Numbered from the stretch's first letter, positions 20,997-31,449 are shown. The stretch is DNA of 64,000 nucleotides from Lachnospiraceae bacterium UBA7225 (GCA_002473385.1 DKTR01000116.1:6370-70369); one strand, 5' to 3'. Numbers and translations: made by a program. The notes: generated by a model not told the origin, from the sequence alone.

Positions 20997-21025
20997 TTGA
21001 CATTTAGTATAAAAGAAAGTATATT
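20997..21025 (+). promoter_or_regulatory. Sigma-A type promoter of opp operon
   Basis: TTGACA-17-TATATT. Confidence 0.65.
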
Positions 21026-21063
21026 TATAAAATATGACTAATAAAAAGACAGGAGGAAGGAAG

Positions 21064-21981
21064 ATGGTAAAATACATCTGTAAACGTCTGGGCATGGCAG
21101 TCGTGACGATCTGGTTAGTTGCGACGCTGACGTTTTTTCTGATGAATATGGTACCCGGAGGTCCGTTTTTATCAGAAAAAGCAGTCAGCCCCAAGGCAAT
21201 GGAGGCACTGGAGGCAAAATACGGGCTGGACAAGCCGCTGTTTGAGCAATACTGTACATATATAGGGGATGCTCTGCATGGGGACTTCGGAGATAGTCTG
21301 AAGCAGCGCGGACGTACCGTTTCATCTATTATTGCATCGAAATTTCCGGTATCTGCGCGGGTCGGCGGACTTGCCGTTCTGGCGGCATTCTGCGTTGGTG
21401 TTCCGCTTGGATGTCTGTCGGCGATGAAGCGCGGAAAGGTGGGAGATAATATCATCATTGTCATTGCCACCTGCGGAATTGCCGTCCCGAACTTCGTGGT
21501 ATGTACCCTGCTGATGTATACGTTTGGGGCAAAGCTGGGGTGGCTTCCTACTCTGGGACTTAACAGCTGGAAGCATTACATCATGCCAGTGACGGCGCTT
21601 GCTTTCTATCCGACGGCGTATATCACCCGTCTGATGCGCTCTTCCATGCTGGATGTGCTCGGACAGGATTACATGCGTACAGCGCGGGCAAAGGGCTTAA
21701 ACCAGTTTGTCAGCCTGTTTAAGCATGCACTCAGAAACGCTATCCTCCCGATTATCACGTACCTGGGACCATTGCTTGCCTACACGGTAACAGGCAGTTT
21801 TATCGTGGAGAAAATTTTCACGATTCCGGGTCTTGGCGGAGAATTTATCGGATCTATCACAAACCGTGACTATACGGTTATCATGGGAACCACGATTTTC
21901 CTGGCGACACTGATGATTCTGATGAACGTAGTAGTGGATATTGTCTATAAGATCGTAGATCCGCGTATTAACTTGAAGTAA
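21064..21981 (+). CDS. oppB: Oligopeptide ABC permease
   Basis: PGGPF, YGLDKP, DYMRTARAKG, KHALRN, DPRI. Confidence 0.94.
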   Translation: MVKYICKRLGMAVVTIWLVATLTFFLMNMVPGGPFLSEKAVSPKAMEALEAKYGLDKPLFEQYCTYIGDALHGDFGDSLKQRGRTVSSIIASKFPVSARVGGLAVLAAFCVGVPLGCLSAMKRGKVGDNIIIVIATCGIAVPNFVVCTLLMYTFGAKLGWLPTLGLNSWKHYIMPVTALAFYPTAYITRLMRSSMLDVLGQDYMRTARAKGLNQFVSLFKHALRNAILPIITYLGPLLAYTVTGSFIVEKIFTIPGLGGEFIGSITNRDYTVIMGTTIFLATLMILMNVVVDIVYKIVDPRINLK

Positions 21982-21995
21982 GGAGGAAAAGTGAA

Positions 21996-23048
21996 ATGAA
22001 AGAAAATCCGAATCCGTTAAGTTTTCAAGCAAGAATCCGCCCGGAGGACTTCCTTCCTGCTTCTGATGAGGAAAAGCAGAACCTTGTGGTGATGCGCGAG
22101 AGCGTAAGCTTCTGGAAGGACGGTCTGCGCCGCCTTTTGAAAAATAAGGTGGCGATGGTCAGCCTGGTGGCAGTTATTATTATTATGCTGTTTTCCTTTG
22201 TTGTGCCGAGCTTTTATCCGTACAGCTATGAGCAGCAGATCAGAGGAAGCGAGCATCTGGCTCCTATGGAATATTCCGAGGAGGAACAGGCGCGTATAGA
22301 TGCAGGGGAAAAGGTATTTCCGCATGTATTTGGTACAGATAAGCACGGGCGTGACTATGCCATCCGTGTGATGATGGGAAGCCGTGTTTCGCTGATCGTC
22401 GGACTGGTTGCGGCTGTGATCATTTTGATCATCGGTTCTCTGTTCGGTTCCATTGCTGCATTCTTCGGCGGCTGGGTGGATATTTTGATGATGCGTATTG
22501 TTGATATTATATACACGATTCCGGACGTTTTGCTGATCGTATTGTTGTCGTTTGCCCTGAAGGCGCCGTTGGAGACACTTTCCACGATGCCGGGCTTTGG
22601 ATGGGTGCAGACGCTCGGCAGAAACCTCATCAGTATCTTTATTGTATTTGCACTCCTGTATTGGGGTGGTATGGCACGTATGGTGCGAAGCCAGATCCTT
22701 ACTCTGAAGGAGAGTGAGTATGTGACAGCGGCGCGGGCGCTCGGCGCATCCAACGCCAGAATTATCAAAAAACACCTGCTGACAAACTGTATCGGTACCC
22801 TGATCGTTACGACGACGCTGCAGATTCCGTCCTCCATTTTCACCGAGAGTTTTCTGAGCTTCCTGGGACTTGGCGTGGCAGTGCCGATGCCGTCTCTTGG
22901 CAGCCTTGCGAGCGATGCAATCAATGGTCTGAATACCTATCCGTATCTGCTGTTTATTCCGGCAGTGCTGATCAGTCTGATTATTCTGAGCTTTAACCTG
23001 CTTGGCGATGGTCTGCGCGATGCGTTTGACCCGAAGATGAAGAATTAG
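21996..23048 (+). CDS. oppC: Oligopeptide ABC permease
   Basis: FGTDKHGRD, EYVTAARALGAS, ESFLSFLGLG, GDGLRDAFDP. Confidence 0.94.
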   Translation: MKENPNPLSFQARIRPEDFLPASDEEKQNLVVMRESVSFWKDGLRRLLKNKVAMVSLVAVIIIMLFSFVVPSFYPYSYEQQIRGSEHLAPMEYSEEEQARIDAGEKVFPHVFGTDKHGRDYAIRVMMGSRVSLIVGLVAAVIILIIGSLFGSIAAFFGGWVDILMMRIVDIIYTIPDVLLIVLLSFALKAPLETLSTMPGFGWVQTLGRNLISIFIVFALLYWGGMARMVRSQILTLKESEYVTAARALGASNARIIKKHLLTNCIGTLIVTTTLQIPSSIFTESFLSFLGLGVAVPMPSLGSLASDAINGLNTYPYLLFIPAVLISLIILSFNLLGDGLRDAFDPKMKN

Positions 23049-23061
23049 GGGAGGAAAAAAC

Positions 23062-24060
23062 ATGAGTGAATATCTGGTAAATATTGAACACGAGCGACTC
23101 TCCTTCTTTACACCGGCGGGGGAGGTCAAGGCATTAAACGATGTATCTTTCCATATTAAACAGGGAGAGGTACTGGGTATTGTCGGCGAGAGCGGCTCCG
23201 GTAAATCGGTGACGGCATACAGTCTGATGGGACTGACGGCATATCCGGGCAAGCTGCTCGGCGGGACTCTGGATTTCAACGGACACCGTATCAATGATAT
23301 GACAGAAAAGGAATTCCAGAAGATGCGCGGAAATGAGGTATCCATTATCTTCCAGGATCCGATGACGAGCTTGAATCCGGTCTATACGATCGGAAACCAG
23401 ATCCGCGAGGTAATCCGGCTCCATACGGATAAAAGCAAAAAAGAGGTGCAGGAGCGTGCCGAGGAACTGCTGCAGCTTGTGGGCATCAATGAGCCGAAAA
23501 AGCGTCTGAAGCAGTATCCGCATGAGCTGTCAGGCGGTATGCGCCAGCGTGTAATGATTGCGATTGCCCTGGCGTGTGAGCCAAAGCTTCTGATTGCGGA
23601 TGAACCGACGACGGCGCTCGACGTGACGATCCAGGCGCAGATTCTGGAGCTGATGATGGAGCTGAAGGACCGGCTCGGCATGGCAATCATGATGATTACG
23701 CACGACCTGGGTGTGGTGGCAAACATGTGCGACCACATTGCGGTTATGTATGCCGGAAATATTGTAGAATACGGAACGACGGATGATATTTTCTATAATC
23801 CGAAACATGAATATACCAAGGGGCTGATCCGCAGCATTCCGCGAATGGACAGCAGGGAGCATGAGCGTCTTGTTCCGATTGAGGGAACACCGGTGGACAT
23901 GCTGAATCCGCCGAAGGGCTGCCCGTTTGCATCCCGGTGTGATCAGTGTATGCAGATCTGTCTGCGTGAGAAGGCGCCGGTCATGCATTTTGGTGACGTA
24001 CATTATACATCCTGCTGGATGAACCAGAAGGCAGAGCTGGAAGGAGGAAGCGCGAAATGA
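23062..24060 (+). CDS. oppD: Oligopeptide ABC ATPase
   Basis: GESGSGKS, LSGGMRQR, ADEPTTALD, C-terminal Cys cluster. Confidence 0.95.
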   Translation: MSEYLVNIEHERLSFFTPAGEVKALNDVSFHIKQGEVLGIVGESGSGKSVTAYSLMGLTAYPGKLLGGTLDFNGHRINDMTEKEFQKMRGNEVSIIFQDPMTSLNPVYTIGNQIREVIRLHTDKSKKEVQERAEELLQLVGINEPKKRLKQYPHELSGGMRQRVMIAIALACEPKLLIADEPTTALDVTIQAQILELMMELKDRLGMAIMMITHDLGVVANMCDHIAVMYAGNIVEYGTTDDIFYNPKHEYTKGLIRSIPRMDSREHERLVPIEGTPVDMLNPPKGCPFASRCDQCMQICLREKAPVMHFGDVHYTSCWMNQKAELEGGSAK

Positions 24061-25109
24061 GCGATAAATTACTTAAGGTTGAACACCTTTATCAGTACTT
24101 TCCGGCCGGCGGCTTTGGAAAAAAGAAGAAGTATGTACAGGCGGTAGACGACGTATCGTTTTTTATCAACAGAGGAGAAACACTGGGACTTGTCGGGGAA
24201 TCCGGCTGCGGGAAGACAACGACCGGGCGTTCGCTGCTGCGGCTTTATGAGCCGACCAAAGGGCGTATCGTCTATGATGATAAGGTACTTTTTGACAGCG
24301 GGGACGTGCCGCTGGTGGATGATAACGGAAAAGATATTGTGGTAGATCAGAAGCTGCAATATGGCAGAAAGACGGCGGTAGATATGAAGCCGTACCGCCG
24401 CGAAATGCAGATCGTATTCCAGGATCCTTATGCGAGCCTTGATCCCCGTATGACGGTGGGCGATATTGTCGGGGAAGCAATCGATATTCACAAGCTGGCA
24501 TCCTCAAAGGAGGAGCGTTACAATAAGATACAGAGCCTGCTGGAGCGGGTAGGACTGAACTCGGAGCATGCCAATCGTTATCCGCACGAATTTTCCGGCG
24601 GACAGCGTCAGCGTGTCGGCATTGCCCGCGCACTGGCGGTCGATCCGAAGTTCATTGTCTGCGACGAGCCGATCTCTGCGCTGGATGTTTCCATCCAGGC
24701 ACAGGTGGTCAACATGTTTGAAGATCTGCAGGAGCAGATGGGACTGACGTATTTGTTTATTGCGCATGACCTTTCTGTTGTTAAGCATATTTCCAACCGT
24801 ATCGGCGTAATGTATCTCGGAAAGCTGGTAGAGCTGGCAGACAGCTATGAGCTGATTTTCCACAGCCTGCATCCATATACGAAGAGCCTGATTTCCGCGA
24901 TTCCGATCGCAGATCCAAAAACGGCGCGGGAAAGCAAACGTATTGTGCTGGAGGGGGATGTGCCAAGCCCCCTGAATCCGCCTTCGGGCTGCCGGTTCCG
25001 CACAAGATGTCCCTATGCTACCGAAAAGTGTGCTGCCGAGGTACCTGAATTCCGCGAGATAAGCAAAGGACATTATGCCGCGTGCCACCATATTGATACA
25101 GTGAACTAA
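24057..25109 (+). CDS. oppF: Oligopeptide ABC ATPase
   Basis: GESGCGKT, FSGGQRQR, HPYT, GCRFRTRC. Confidence 0.95.
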   Translation: MSDKLLKVEHLYQYFPAGGFGKKKKYVQAVDDVSFFINRGETLGLVGESGCGKTTTGRSLLRLYEPTKGRIVYDDKVLFDSGDVPLVDDNGKDIVVDQKLQYGRKTAVDMKPYRREMQIVFQDPYASLDPRMTVGDIVGEAIDIHKLASSKEERYNKIQSLLERVGLNSEHANRYPHEFSGGQRQRVGIARALAVDPKFIVCDEPISALDVSIQAQVVNMFEDLQEQMGLTYLFIAHDLSVVKHISNRIGVMYLGKLVELADSYELIFHSLHPYTKSLISAIPIADPKTARESKRIVLEGDVPSPLNPPSGCRFRTRCPYATEKCAAEVPEFREISKGHYAACHHIDTVN

Positions 25110-25176
25110 GGCTGTAAAGCGTCATAGGACAGCAGTTTTTAGAAATACAAATTCTTTATATTTAAACGATTCATTA

Positions 25177-25205
25177 TGGACAAAAAAGCCTTGCTGTGCT
25201 ATAGT
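25177..25205 (+). promoter_or_regulatory. Internal promoter for oppA
   Basis: TGGACA-17-TATAGT with extended -10 TG. Confidence 0.55.
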
Positions 25206-25263
25206 AAAGGATATGCAAATGTGAAAAGCACACGCATAGAGAAAAGATTTAAAGGAGGATAAC

Positions 25264-26883
25264 ATGAAAAAGAGAGTAATTAGTATGCTTCTGGCAGCAG
25301 TTATGACCGTTTCTCTTGCAGGCGGTACCATGATGACTGCAGCAGCAGAAGAAGCGGCAGAAGGCAAGCAGCTTTCCGTTCAGGTCGGCCCGGATCCGGA
25401 GACCATTGACCCGGCACTTAACAGTGCAGTAGATGGCGGAAATATGATCCTGCACGCATTTGAGTGTCTTCTCACAATCGACCAGGACGGCCAGATTGCA
25501 CCGGGACAGGCAGAAGAGTGGGGCGTATCCGAAGATGGTCTTACCTGGACCTTCAAGCTTCGTGAGGGACTGAAATGGTCCGACGGAAGCGACCTGACAG
25601 CAAACGACTTCGTATACAGCTGGAAGCGTGTATGCGATCCGAACGTTGCAGCTCCGTATGCTGAGACAGTACTTGGCATGGTAGAGGGCTTTGATGAGGC
25701 GATTGAGGGCAACCTTGATGCGCTGGCAGTTACCGCAGTAGACGACCGCACACTGGAAGTAAAGCTTTCCGCTCCGTGCACATTCTTTGAGAGCCTTGCA
25801 GCATTCGCAACTCTGAGCCCGGTTCAGGAAGCAACCGTTGAGGCAAACGGCGATGCATGGGCAGTTGACGCTTCAACCTATGTTTCCAATGGTCCGTTCA
25901 TGGTAACAGAGTGGGTACCGGGTTCCTACATCATTATGTCGAAAAACCCGAACTACTGGAATGCAGATGCAGTTAAGCTTGGCAGCATCAAATGGAACCT
26001 GATCGAGGATTCCAATGCATCCTACAATGCATATCAGAGCGGCGAAGTTCTGATGATCAAGGACGTTCCGACAGAGGAAATTCCGAGCCTTGAGGGCAAT
26101 GATGAGTTCTATGTAGAGCCGATCATCGGTACCTACTACATCTCCTACAACACACAGGTTGAGCCGCTTGACAATCCGCTGGTTCGCAAAGCGCTGAATC
26201 TGGCAATCGACAGAGACTATGTTGCAAATACACTGATGCAGGGAACCTACTCCCCGGCTACCAACTTCGTAGGACCGGGCTGGAAGGATACTGACGGATC
26301 TGACTTTGCAGAAAACTCAAACGGCGGAGAACCGTATATGAAGGCGGAAGCTGATATCGAGGGCGCTCTGGCAGCTCTGGAAGAAGCAGGCTATCCGAAC
26401 GGCGAGGGACTTCCGGTTCTTCACTACAGCACCAATGATGCTGGTTACCATAAAGCAGTTGCAGAGTACCTGCAGCAGGCATGGAAAGAAATCGGTGTTA
26501 CTCTGGAGGTAGAAATTGTAGAGTGGTCCAGCTTCACACCGATGCGCCGCAGCGGTGACTTCGAAATCGCACGTAACGGCTGGGTAGGAGACTATGCAGA
26601 TCCGTCCAATATACTGGATCTTCTGTATTCCACCAACGGAAACAATGATGGTAAGTTCAACAATGCTGACTACGATGCAGCAATGGATACAGCAAGAAGC
26701 ACCACAGATGCAGCAGAGCGTTCCGCAGCACTTCACCAGGCAGAGGATGTCCTCATGGAAGAAGCAGCATGCTGCCCGCTGGCATACTACAATGACTTCT
26801 GGCTGCAGAGCAGCAAGATTGAAGGATCCTGGCATTCCGCATACGGCTACTGGCACTTCATGTATGCTGATATAGCTGAGTAG
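25264..26883 (+). CDS. oppA: Oligopeptide-binding protein (SBP family 5)
   Basis: TIDPAL, SEDGLTWTFKLR..KWSDG, NGPF, KNPNYW, GW.GDY.DP. Confidence 0.95.
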   Translation: MKKRVISMLLAAVMTVSLAGGTMMTAAAEEAAEGKQLSVQVGPDPETIDPALNSAVDGGNMILHAFECLLTIDQDGQIAPGQAEEWGVSEDGLTWTFKLREGLKWSDGSDLTANDFVYSWKRVCDPNVAAPYAETVLGMVEGFDEAIEGNLDALAVTAVDDRTLEVKLSAPCTFFESLAAFATLSPVQEATVEANGDAWAVDASTYVSNGPFMVTEWVPGSYIIMSKNPNYWNADAVKLGSIKWNLIEDSNASYNAYQSGEVLMIKDVPTEEIPSLEGNDEFYVEPIIGTYYISYNTQVEPLDNPLVRKALNLAIDRDYVANTLMQGTYSPATNFVGPGWKDTDGSDFAENSNGGEPYMKAEADIEGALAALEEAGYPNGEGLPVLHYSTNDAGYHKAVAEYLQQAWKEIGVTLEVEIVEWSSFTPMRRSGDFEIARNGWVGDYADPSNILDLLYSTNGNNDGKFNNADYDAAMDTARSTTDAAERSAALHQAEDVLMEEAACCPLAYYNDFWLQSSKIEGSWHSAYGYWHFMYADIAE

Positions 26884-26915
26884 TCTGTCCTTCAGCGAAT
26901 AATAATAATGATAAT

Positions 26916-26959
26916 AAAGCTGCCGCGAAGCGAAAAGAGATAGCTTCGCGGCAGCTTTT
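26916..26959 (+). terminator. Rho-independent terminator
   Basis: AAAGCTGCCGCGAAGC / GCTTCGCGGCAGCTTTT. Confidence 0.9.
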
Positions 26960-27041
26960 GTGCTACAATGAACATGACAGGGTGCGCAGTGCGTCGAAGT
27001 CAGAAAGTATCAGAAATACAGGATAAATGGGAGGCGTGAAT

Positions 27042-28439
27042 ATGGAAAACAGGGAAAGAGGATTGAAAAAGAAACTGGCAGGATGTATCCTGTTTCTTTT
27101 GCTGATGCTGCTGGCAGTGCTTCCGGCAGGGGCGGCAGGTGAGACGGTGAAAGTGTCTGTCAAAGGAAAACTGGAATATCAGAAGGCATACCAGGCTCTG
27201 ACGTACACGAATAAGGTCCGCGCGCAGGTGGGTGCGAAGCCGCTTACAATGGATAAGGATCTGCTGGCGGCAGCCATGCAGCGCGCGGCGGAGATTGCGG
27301 TGTTGTTTTCGCATGACAGACCGGACGGCACGGATTGCTTTTCAGCATCACCAAAGATGTATGGGGAAAATATCGCCGCCGGGCAGGCAAGTGCGTCGTC
27401 GGTGGTGACATCGTGGAAAAATTCCTCCGGACATTACGCGAATATGATCGATACAGATTACCAGAGCATCGGTATCGGCTGCTTTAACTATGACGGAACG
27501 CTGTACTGGGTGCAGTGTTTTGGAACCGCGGGTGCGGCTGCCGTTACAAAGCCGGCAGATATGAGCGCGGTGATGGCGATCAATCTTCATAAATATTACA
27601 TACAGGATGCCAGAAATCTTTTTATTACCGGAGTTCCTGGCACTTCTGCAAATGCGCTGACGATCTCGAAGGGAAATAAAAATACGCTTACTCTGTTATT
27701 TTATGACGGGGGCAGCATAAAGCCGACCGCTCTGCAGTGGAAGGATTTCCGTCTCAAGAGCAGCAATCCGGCAGTTCTTGCGGTCAGCAGCAATGGTGTG
27801 GTGAGCGGACTGAAGGCAGGAACGGCGACGGTGACGCTCACACATCCGGAGTATCCGGGCTGGAGCTGTAGGATGAACTTTACCGTCAGCGATGCCAGCA
27901 GCCGGAAACTGATATTAAATGCCAACGGCGGATCGTTGTCCAAAACGGAAAATATTAAGACGCAGAAGTGCACTGTTACATATAAAAAGAAATACGGAAA
28001 ACTGCCGACACCTGTGCGGAAGGGTTATTCCTTTATGGGCTGGTACACCAGTAAAAAGGGCGGCAGTAAGGTAACGTCCTCCACGACAGTGAAAATCGCG
28101 AAGGGTAAAACGCAGACCCTCTACGCGCGCTGGTCGAAGATTACCGTAAAGAGGGCGGCAATTGCAAAGCTTGCGGCGAAGACCGGTAATCTGTCTGTAA
28201 AGTGGGCAAAGGTTTCCGGCGCAAAGGGCTATGAGGTTTCTGTTTCAACAAGCGCAAAATTCAGGGCATCCGTAACCCGGAAGTTCCGTGTTTCCAGCGG
28301 CACCAGGGTATCCGGTATGATTAAAAATCTTACAAAAAATAAAAAATATTATGTGAGGGTGAGAGCCTACAAAACAGATGCGCTCGGGAACAGGATATAC
28401 GGAAGCTACAGTCCGGTGAAATCCATAAAAATGAAATAG
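27042..28439 (+). CDS. Secreted CAP-domain protein with Ig-like (Big_2), InlB B-repeat and Fn3 domains
   Basis: FSHDRPDG, GENIAAG, WKNSSGHYANM, SSNPAV, LP.P.R.GY.F.GWYT, YYVRVRAY. Confidence 0.87.
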   Translation: MENRERGLKKKLAGCILFLLLMLLAVLPAGAAGETVKVSVKGKLEYQKAYQALTYTNKVRAQVGAKPLTMDKDLLAAAMQRAAEIAVLFSHDRPDGTDCFSASPKMYGENIAAGQASASSVVTSWKNSSGHYANMIDTDYQSIGIGCFNYDGTLYWVQCFGTAGAAAVTKPADMSAVMAINLHKYYIQDARNLFITGVPGTSANALTISKGNKNTLTLLFYDGGSIKPTALQWKDFRLKSSNPAVLAVSSNGVVSGLKAGTATVTLTHPEYPGWSCRMNFTVSDASSRKLILNANGGSLSKTENIKTQKCTVTYKKKYGKLPTPVRKGYSFMGWYTSKKGGSKVTSSTTVKIAKGKTQTLYARWSKITVKRAAIAKLAAKTGNLSVKWAKVSGAKGYEVSVSTSAKFRASVTRKFRVSSGTRVSGMIKNLTKNKKYYVRVRAYKTDALGNRIYGSYSPVKSIKMK

Positions 28440-28483
28440 TCACTGGATGGGGAAAAACAGTAATGTGAAGTAAGCATGGTGCC

Positions 28484-28512
28484 TTGCAATTTCCGGTGTT
28501 TTGTCTTACAAT
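28484..28512 (+). promoter_or_regulatory. Sigma-A type promoter of mrp
   Basis: TTGCAA-17-TACAAT. Confidence 0.55.
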
Positions 28513-28608
28513 CATCATAGGCATGCGTAAAGGCAATGCGTCCGGGAAGCGTTCCCGGCATGACAGAGAGCATGCCGGATGAAATTTTACAGAAAAGAGG
28601 TTTCGAAA

Positions 28609-29451
28609 ATGGCAGAAAAATCATGCAGCAGTGCATCGAGCTGCGACAGAGAGAGCTGTGAGGGATGTCCAAGTAAGCAGAATCCGCAGAGCTTTCGGGT
28701 AGATGCAAATGCATATTCCGAGATTAAAAATGTGATCGGCGTGGTGAGCGGCAAGGGCGGCGTCGGCAAATCTATGGTGACGGCTTCCCTTGCAAACCTG
28801 CTGGCGGCGAAAGGCTACCGTGTAGGTATTCTGGATGCGGACATTACCGGACCGTCCATTCCGAAAATGTACGGTCTTCGCGGACCGGCAGTGGCGGACG
28901 ATGAGGGAATTTACCCGATGATTACAGAAAATGATATAAAAGTCATCTCCATCAATTTGATGATGCCGGATGAGGAATCGCCGGTAATCTGGCGGGGACC
29001 GGTGATTGCAGGCGTGGTGAAGCAGTTCTGGAGCGATGTGATCTGGGGCGAGCTGGATTATCTTCTGGTTGACATGCCTCCGGGAACCGGCGATGTGCCG
29101 CTGACGGTGTTCCAGTCATTGCCGGTAGACGGCATTGTGATTGTTTCTTCTCCGCAGGAGCTGGTGCAGATGATCGTAAAGAAAGCATACAATATGGCAA
29201 AAACCATGAATATTCCGGTGCTTGGCATTGTGGAGAACTATAGCTGGCTTGTCTGCCCCGACTGTGGAAAGAAGCTTTCTGTATTCGGAGAGAGTCACAT
29301 CGATGAGATTGCAGAAGGCATGGGGCTGAAGGTGCTCGGCAGGATGCCGATCGATCCGCAGTTCGCCGCATTGGCGGATGGAAAGTTTGCGGGAGCGCAG
29401 AATCCGTATCTGGAGGAAGCCTGCAAGGCGCTGACGGCAGTCAGAAAATGA
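28609..29451 (+). CDS. mrp: Mrp/NBP35 family Fe-S carrier ATPase
   Basis: N-terminal Cys cluster, SGKGGVGKS, DMPPGTGD, CPDC. Confidence 0.93.
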   Translation: MAEKSCSSASSCDRESCEGCPSKQNPQSFRVDANAYSEIKNVIGVVSGKGGVGKSMVTASLANLLAAKGYRVGILDADITGPSIPKMYGLRGPAVADDEGIYPMITENDIKVISINLMMPDEESPVIWRGPVIAGVVKQFWSDVIWGELDYLLVDMPPGTGDVPLTVFQSLPVDGIVIVSSPQELVQMIVKKAYNMAKTMNIPVLGIVENYSWLVCPDCGKKLSVFGESHIDEIAEGMGLKVLGRMPIDPQFAALADGKFAGAQNPYLEEACKALTAVRK

Positions 29452-29479
29452 ATACTTCATATCGGGCTGGAGGGCGGGT

Positions 29480-30502
29480 ATGGCGCAAAAACAATTATGG
29501 AAATCTATATTGCAGGCGTTGAAAATAGCGATCGGGAGCAGCTTTGCCATCTGGCTTGCACAGGCGCTCGGACTTTCATTCGCAGCATCTGCAGGCAGTA
29601 TTGCCATGCTCACCATTGTCACAACAAAATGGGAGACTGTCCGGCTGTCCGGCTTTCGCGTGATTACCTTTGCGATTGCAGTGTTTATCGCCTGGCTCAC
29701 TATTTCGCGTCTGCGAAGTGAATGGCTGGCATATGGCATCTTTCTGTTTGCCATGACACTGATCTGCGGGACCTTTGGATGGAGGGCAGCACTTTCGGTA
29801 AATGCAGTGATTGGCACACATTTTCTGGAGACGAAGGATTTCCGTGCGGAGGCAGTCTGGAATGAATTTTATCTGCTGCTGATCGGTATTTCCATTGCGC
29901 TGATTTTAAATCTGTTCCACAATAACGAGGTGCATAAAAAAGACCTTATTCAGAATATGCGTTATACGGAAGACCGGCTGCAGATGATTATGGGAGAGAT
30001 CGCCGCCTATCTTTCCTGCAGCAAGATGCAGAGAAACGTCTGGGAGGATATTACTCAGCTTGAGGGACAGCTGCGGGAGTTCATCCGTGATGCACACGAG
30101 TACCAGGATAATACCTTTCATTCCCATCCGGGGTATTACATTGATTATTTTGAGATGCGCCTGCAGCAGTGCGGGGTTTTGCATAATCTGCATTATGAGA
30201 TGAAACAAATCCGCCATATGCCCGTTCAGGCGCAGGTAATCGCGGAATTTGTGCTGGATACGGCGGATTATGTAATTGAGAAAAATATTCCTACTGTGCA
30301 GCTTAAGAAGCTGGAGGATATTTTTCAAAAAATGAAAGAGGAGCCGCTGCCGGTAAGCCGGGAAGAGTTTGAGAGCCGTGCAATGCTGTACCATATCCTC
30401 ATGGATCTGGAAGAGTTTCTTGTGTTTAAAAAGCGTTTTGTAGAAGGAATGGATGACACACAACGCAGGCATTACTGGGAGAACGGAGAGCAGCTCCTGT
30501 AG
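29480..30502 (+). CDS. Aromatic acid exporter (ArAE/FUSC-like) family membrane protein
   Basis: KIAIG...A..LA, ASAG.IA.L.I..T, YFEMR..Q, LP.SREEFE.RA.LY. Confidence 0.8.
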   Translation: MAQKQLWKSILQALKIAIGSSFAIWLAQALGLSFAASAGSIAMLTIVTTKWETVRLSGFRVITFAIAVFIAWLTISRLRSEWLAYGIFLFAMTLICGTFGWRAALSVNAVIGTHFLETKDFRAEAVWNEFYLLLIGISIALILNLFHNNEVHKKDLIQNMRYTEDRLQMIMGEIAAYLSCSKMQRNVWEDITQLEGQLREFIRDAHEYQDNTFHSHPGYYIDYFEMRLQQCGVLHNLHYEMKQIRHMPVQAQVIAEFVLDTADYVIEKNIPTVQLKKLEDIFQKMKEEPLPVSREEFESRAMLYHILMDLEEFLVFKKRFVEGMDDTQRRHYWENGEQLL

Positions 30503-30520
30503 GTTGCCATGCATCCGGAG

Positions 30521-30541
30521 GGAGCTGCCGGTGGCAGCTCC
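30521..30541. terminator. Hairpin between convergent genes
   Basis: GGAGCTGCC-GGT-GGCAGCTCC; no clear U-tract. Confidence 0.45.
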
Positions 30542-30560
30542 TGTAGGTGTGCAGGATATG

Positions 30561-31283
30561 TTAAAATTTTATATATTGCAGTACATGTGCTGCATACTGG
30601 GGATCACCGTAGGTCTCCCAGCCAAGCTCCGCTTTCATTTTTTCGGAGAATTCCAGAGCATTTTCCTCAGAGTAGCCGCCGTAGTTGGCAAGCGCCCATC
30701 CCGCGTAATTATTGCCGAAGTTGTATTCCTGCAGGGCAAGCCGGACCCTGTCCAGATCGGAAATGCTCCTGCACTCTGCCTGTTCAAGGCAGTAGGCGAA
30801 GGTCTCGACGCCCACCCGGATGGAGTAGTCCGTATCGGCGATACTGCCAGGCTCGTTAGAGTATTCCGTGTTGAATGGACTTTCGGAACACTGGAAAATG
30901 TCGGTACCCTGCCCGGAGCTTTCCTGCTGCATCAGCGCCAGCAGCAGGGTGGAATATTCGGAGATGCCGAAGGTGCGGCACTGGCTGGCAACAGCATCGG
31001 AATATTGCAGGACATCGGAGTTGACGCCGACCAGCTCTCCCTGATTTGCTGTTCTGCGGGAAATCCGCGGCAGAACCAGCGCCAGGAAAAGAATGATAAT
31101 GATGGACAGCAGTACGCATCCGAGGATGAGACGCTGCCTCGCGACCTCTTTTCTGCGCAGTTCAGAGGAAGCAGAGGAGGCGCTCCAGGTTTTCCGGGCA
31201 GTTTCGCCGCCCGCGCTTTTTTTGGTGTTTTTTTGTCTGGCTGCTGTTCTTCTTTTTGCAGCCGTATTCTTTTGTGTGGTCAT
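30561..31283 (-). CDS. Membrane-anchored lysozyme-like muramidase
   Basis: Basic N-terminus, TM helix, LALMQQESSG, D.FQ.SES, YNFG, YGD..Y..HVL.Y. Confidence 0.85.
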   Translation of the reverse strand: MTTQKNTAAKRRTAARQKNTKKSAGGETARKTWSASSASSELRRKEVARQRLILGCVLLSIIIILFLALVLPRISRRTANQGELVGVNSDVLQYSDAVASQCRTFGISEYSTLLLALMQQESSGQGTDIFQCSESPFNTEYSNEPGSIADTDYSIRVGVETFAYCLEQAECRSISDLDRVRLALQEYNFGNNYAGWALANYGGYSEENALEFSEKMKAELGWETYGDPQYAAHVLQYIKF

Positions 31284-31449
31284 AAATTTCCCTTTTTTCA
31301 TATTTGAGTTGTATTTTCTGTCTAAAATTATTATAATCGAAGGAGAGGCGGCTGTAAACGAAAGGTTTTCTTAATGTCCACCGGATGTTTAAAAATGTTA
31401 TTGTGAACGGAGCGAACAGCAGCTCAAAAATGACCAGGGAGGATTACCT

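Noticed and set aside
30561-31283. Conjugative element or phage lysin
   Set aside because: No NlpC/P60 domain, T4SS, holin or integrase nearby
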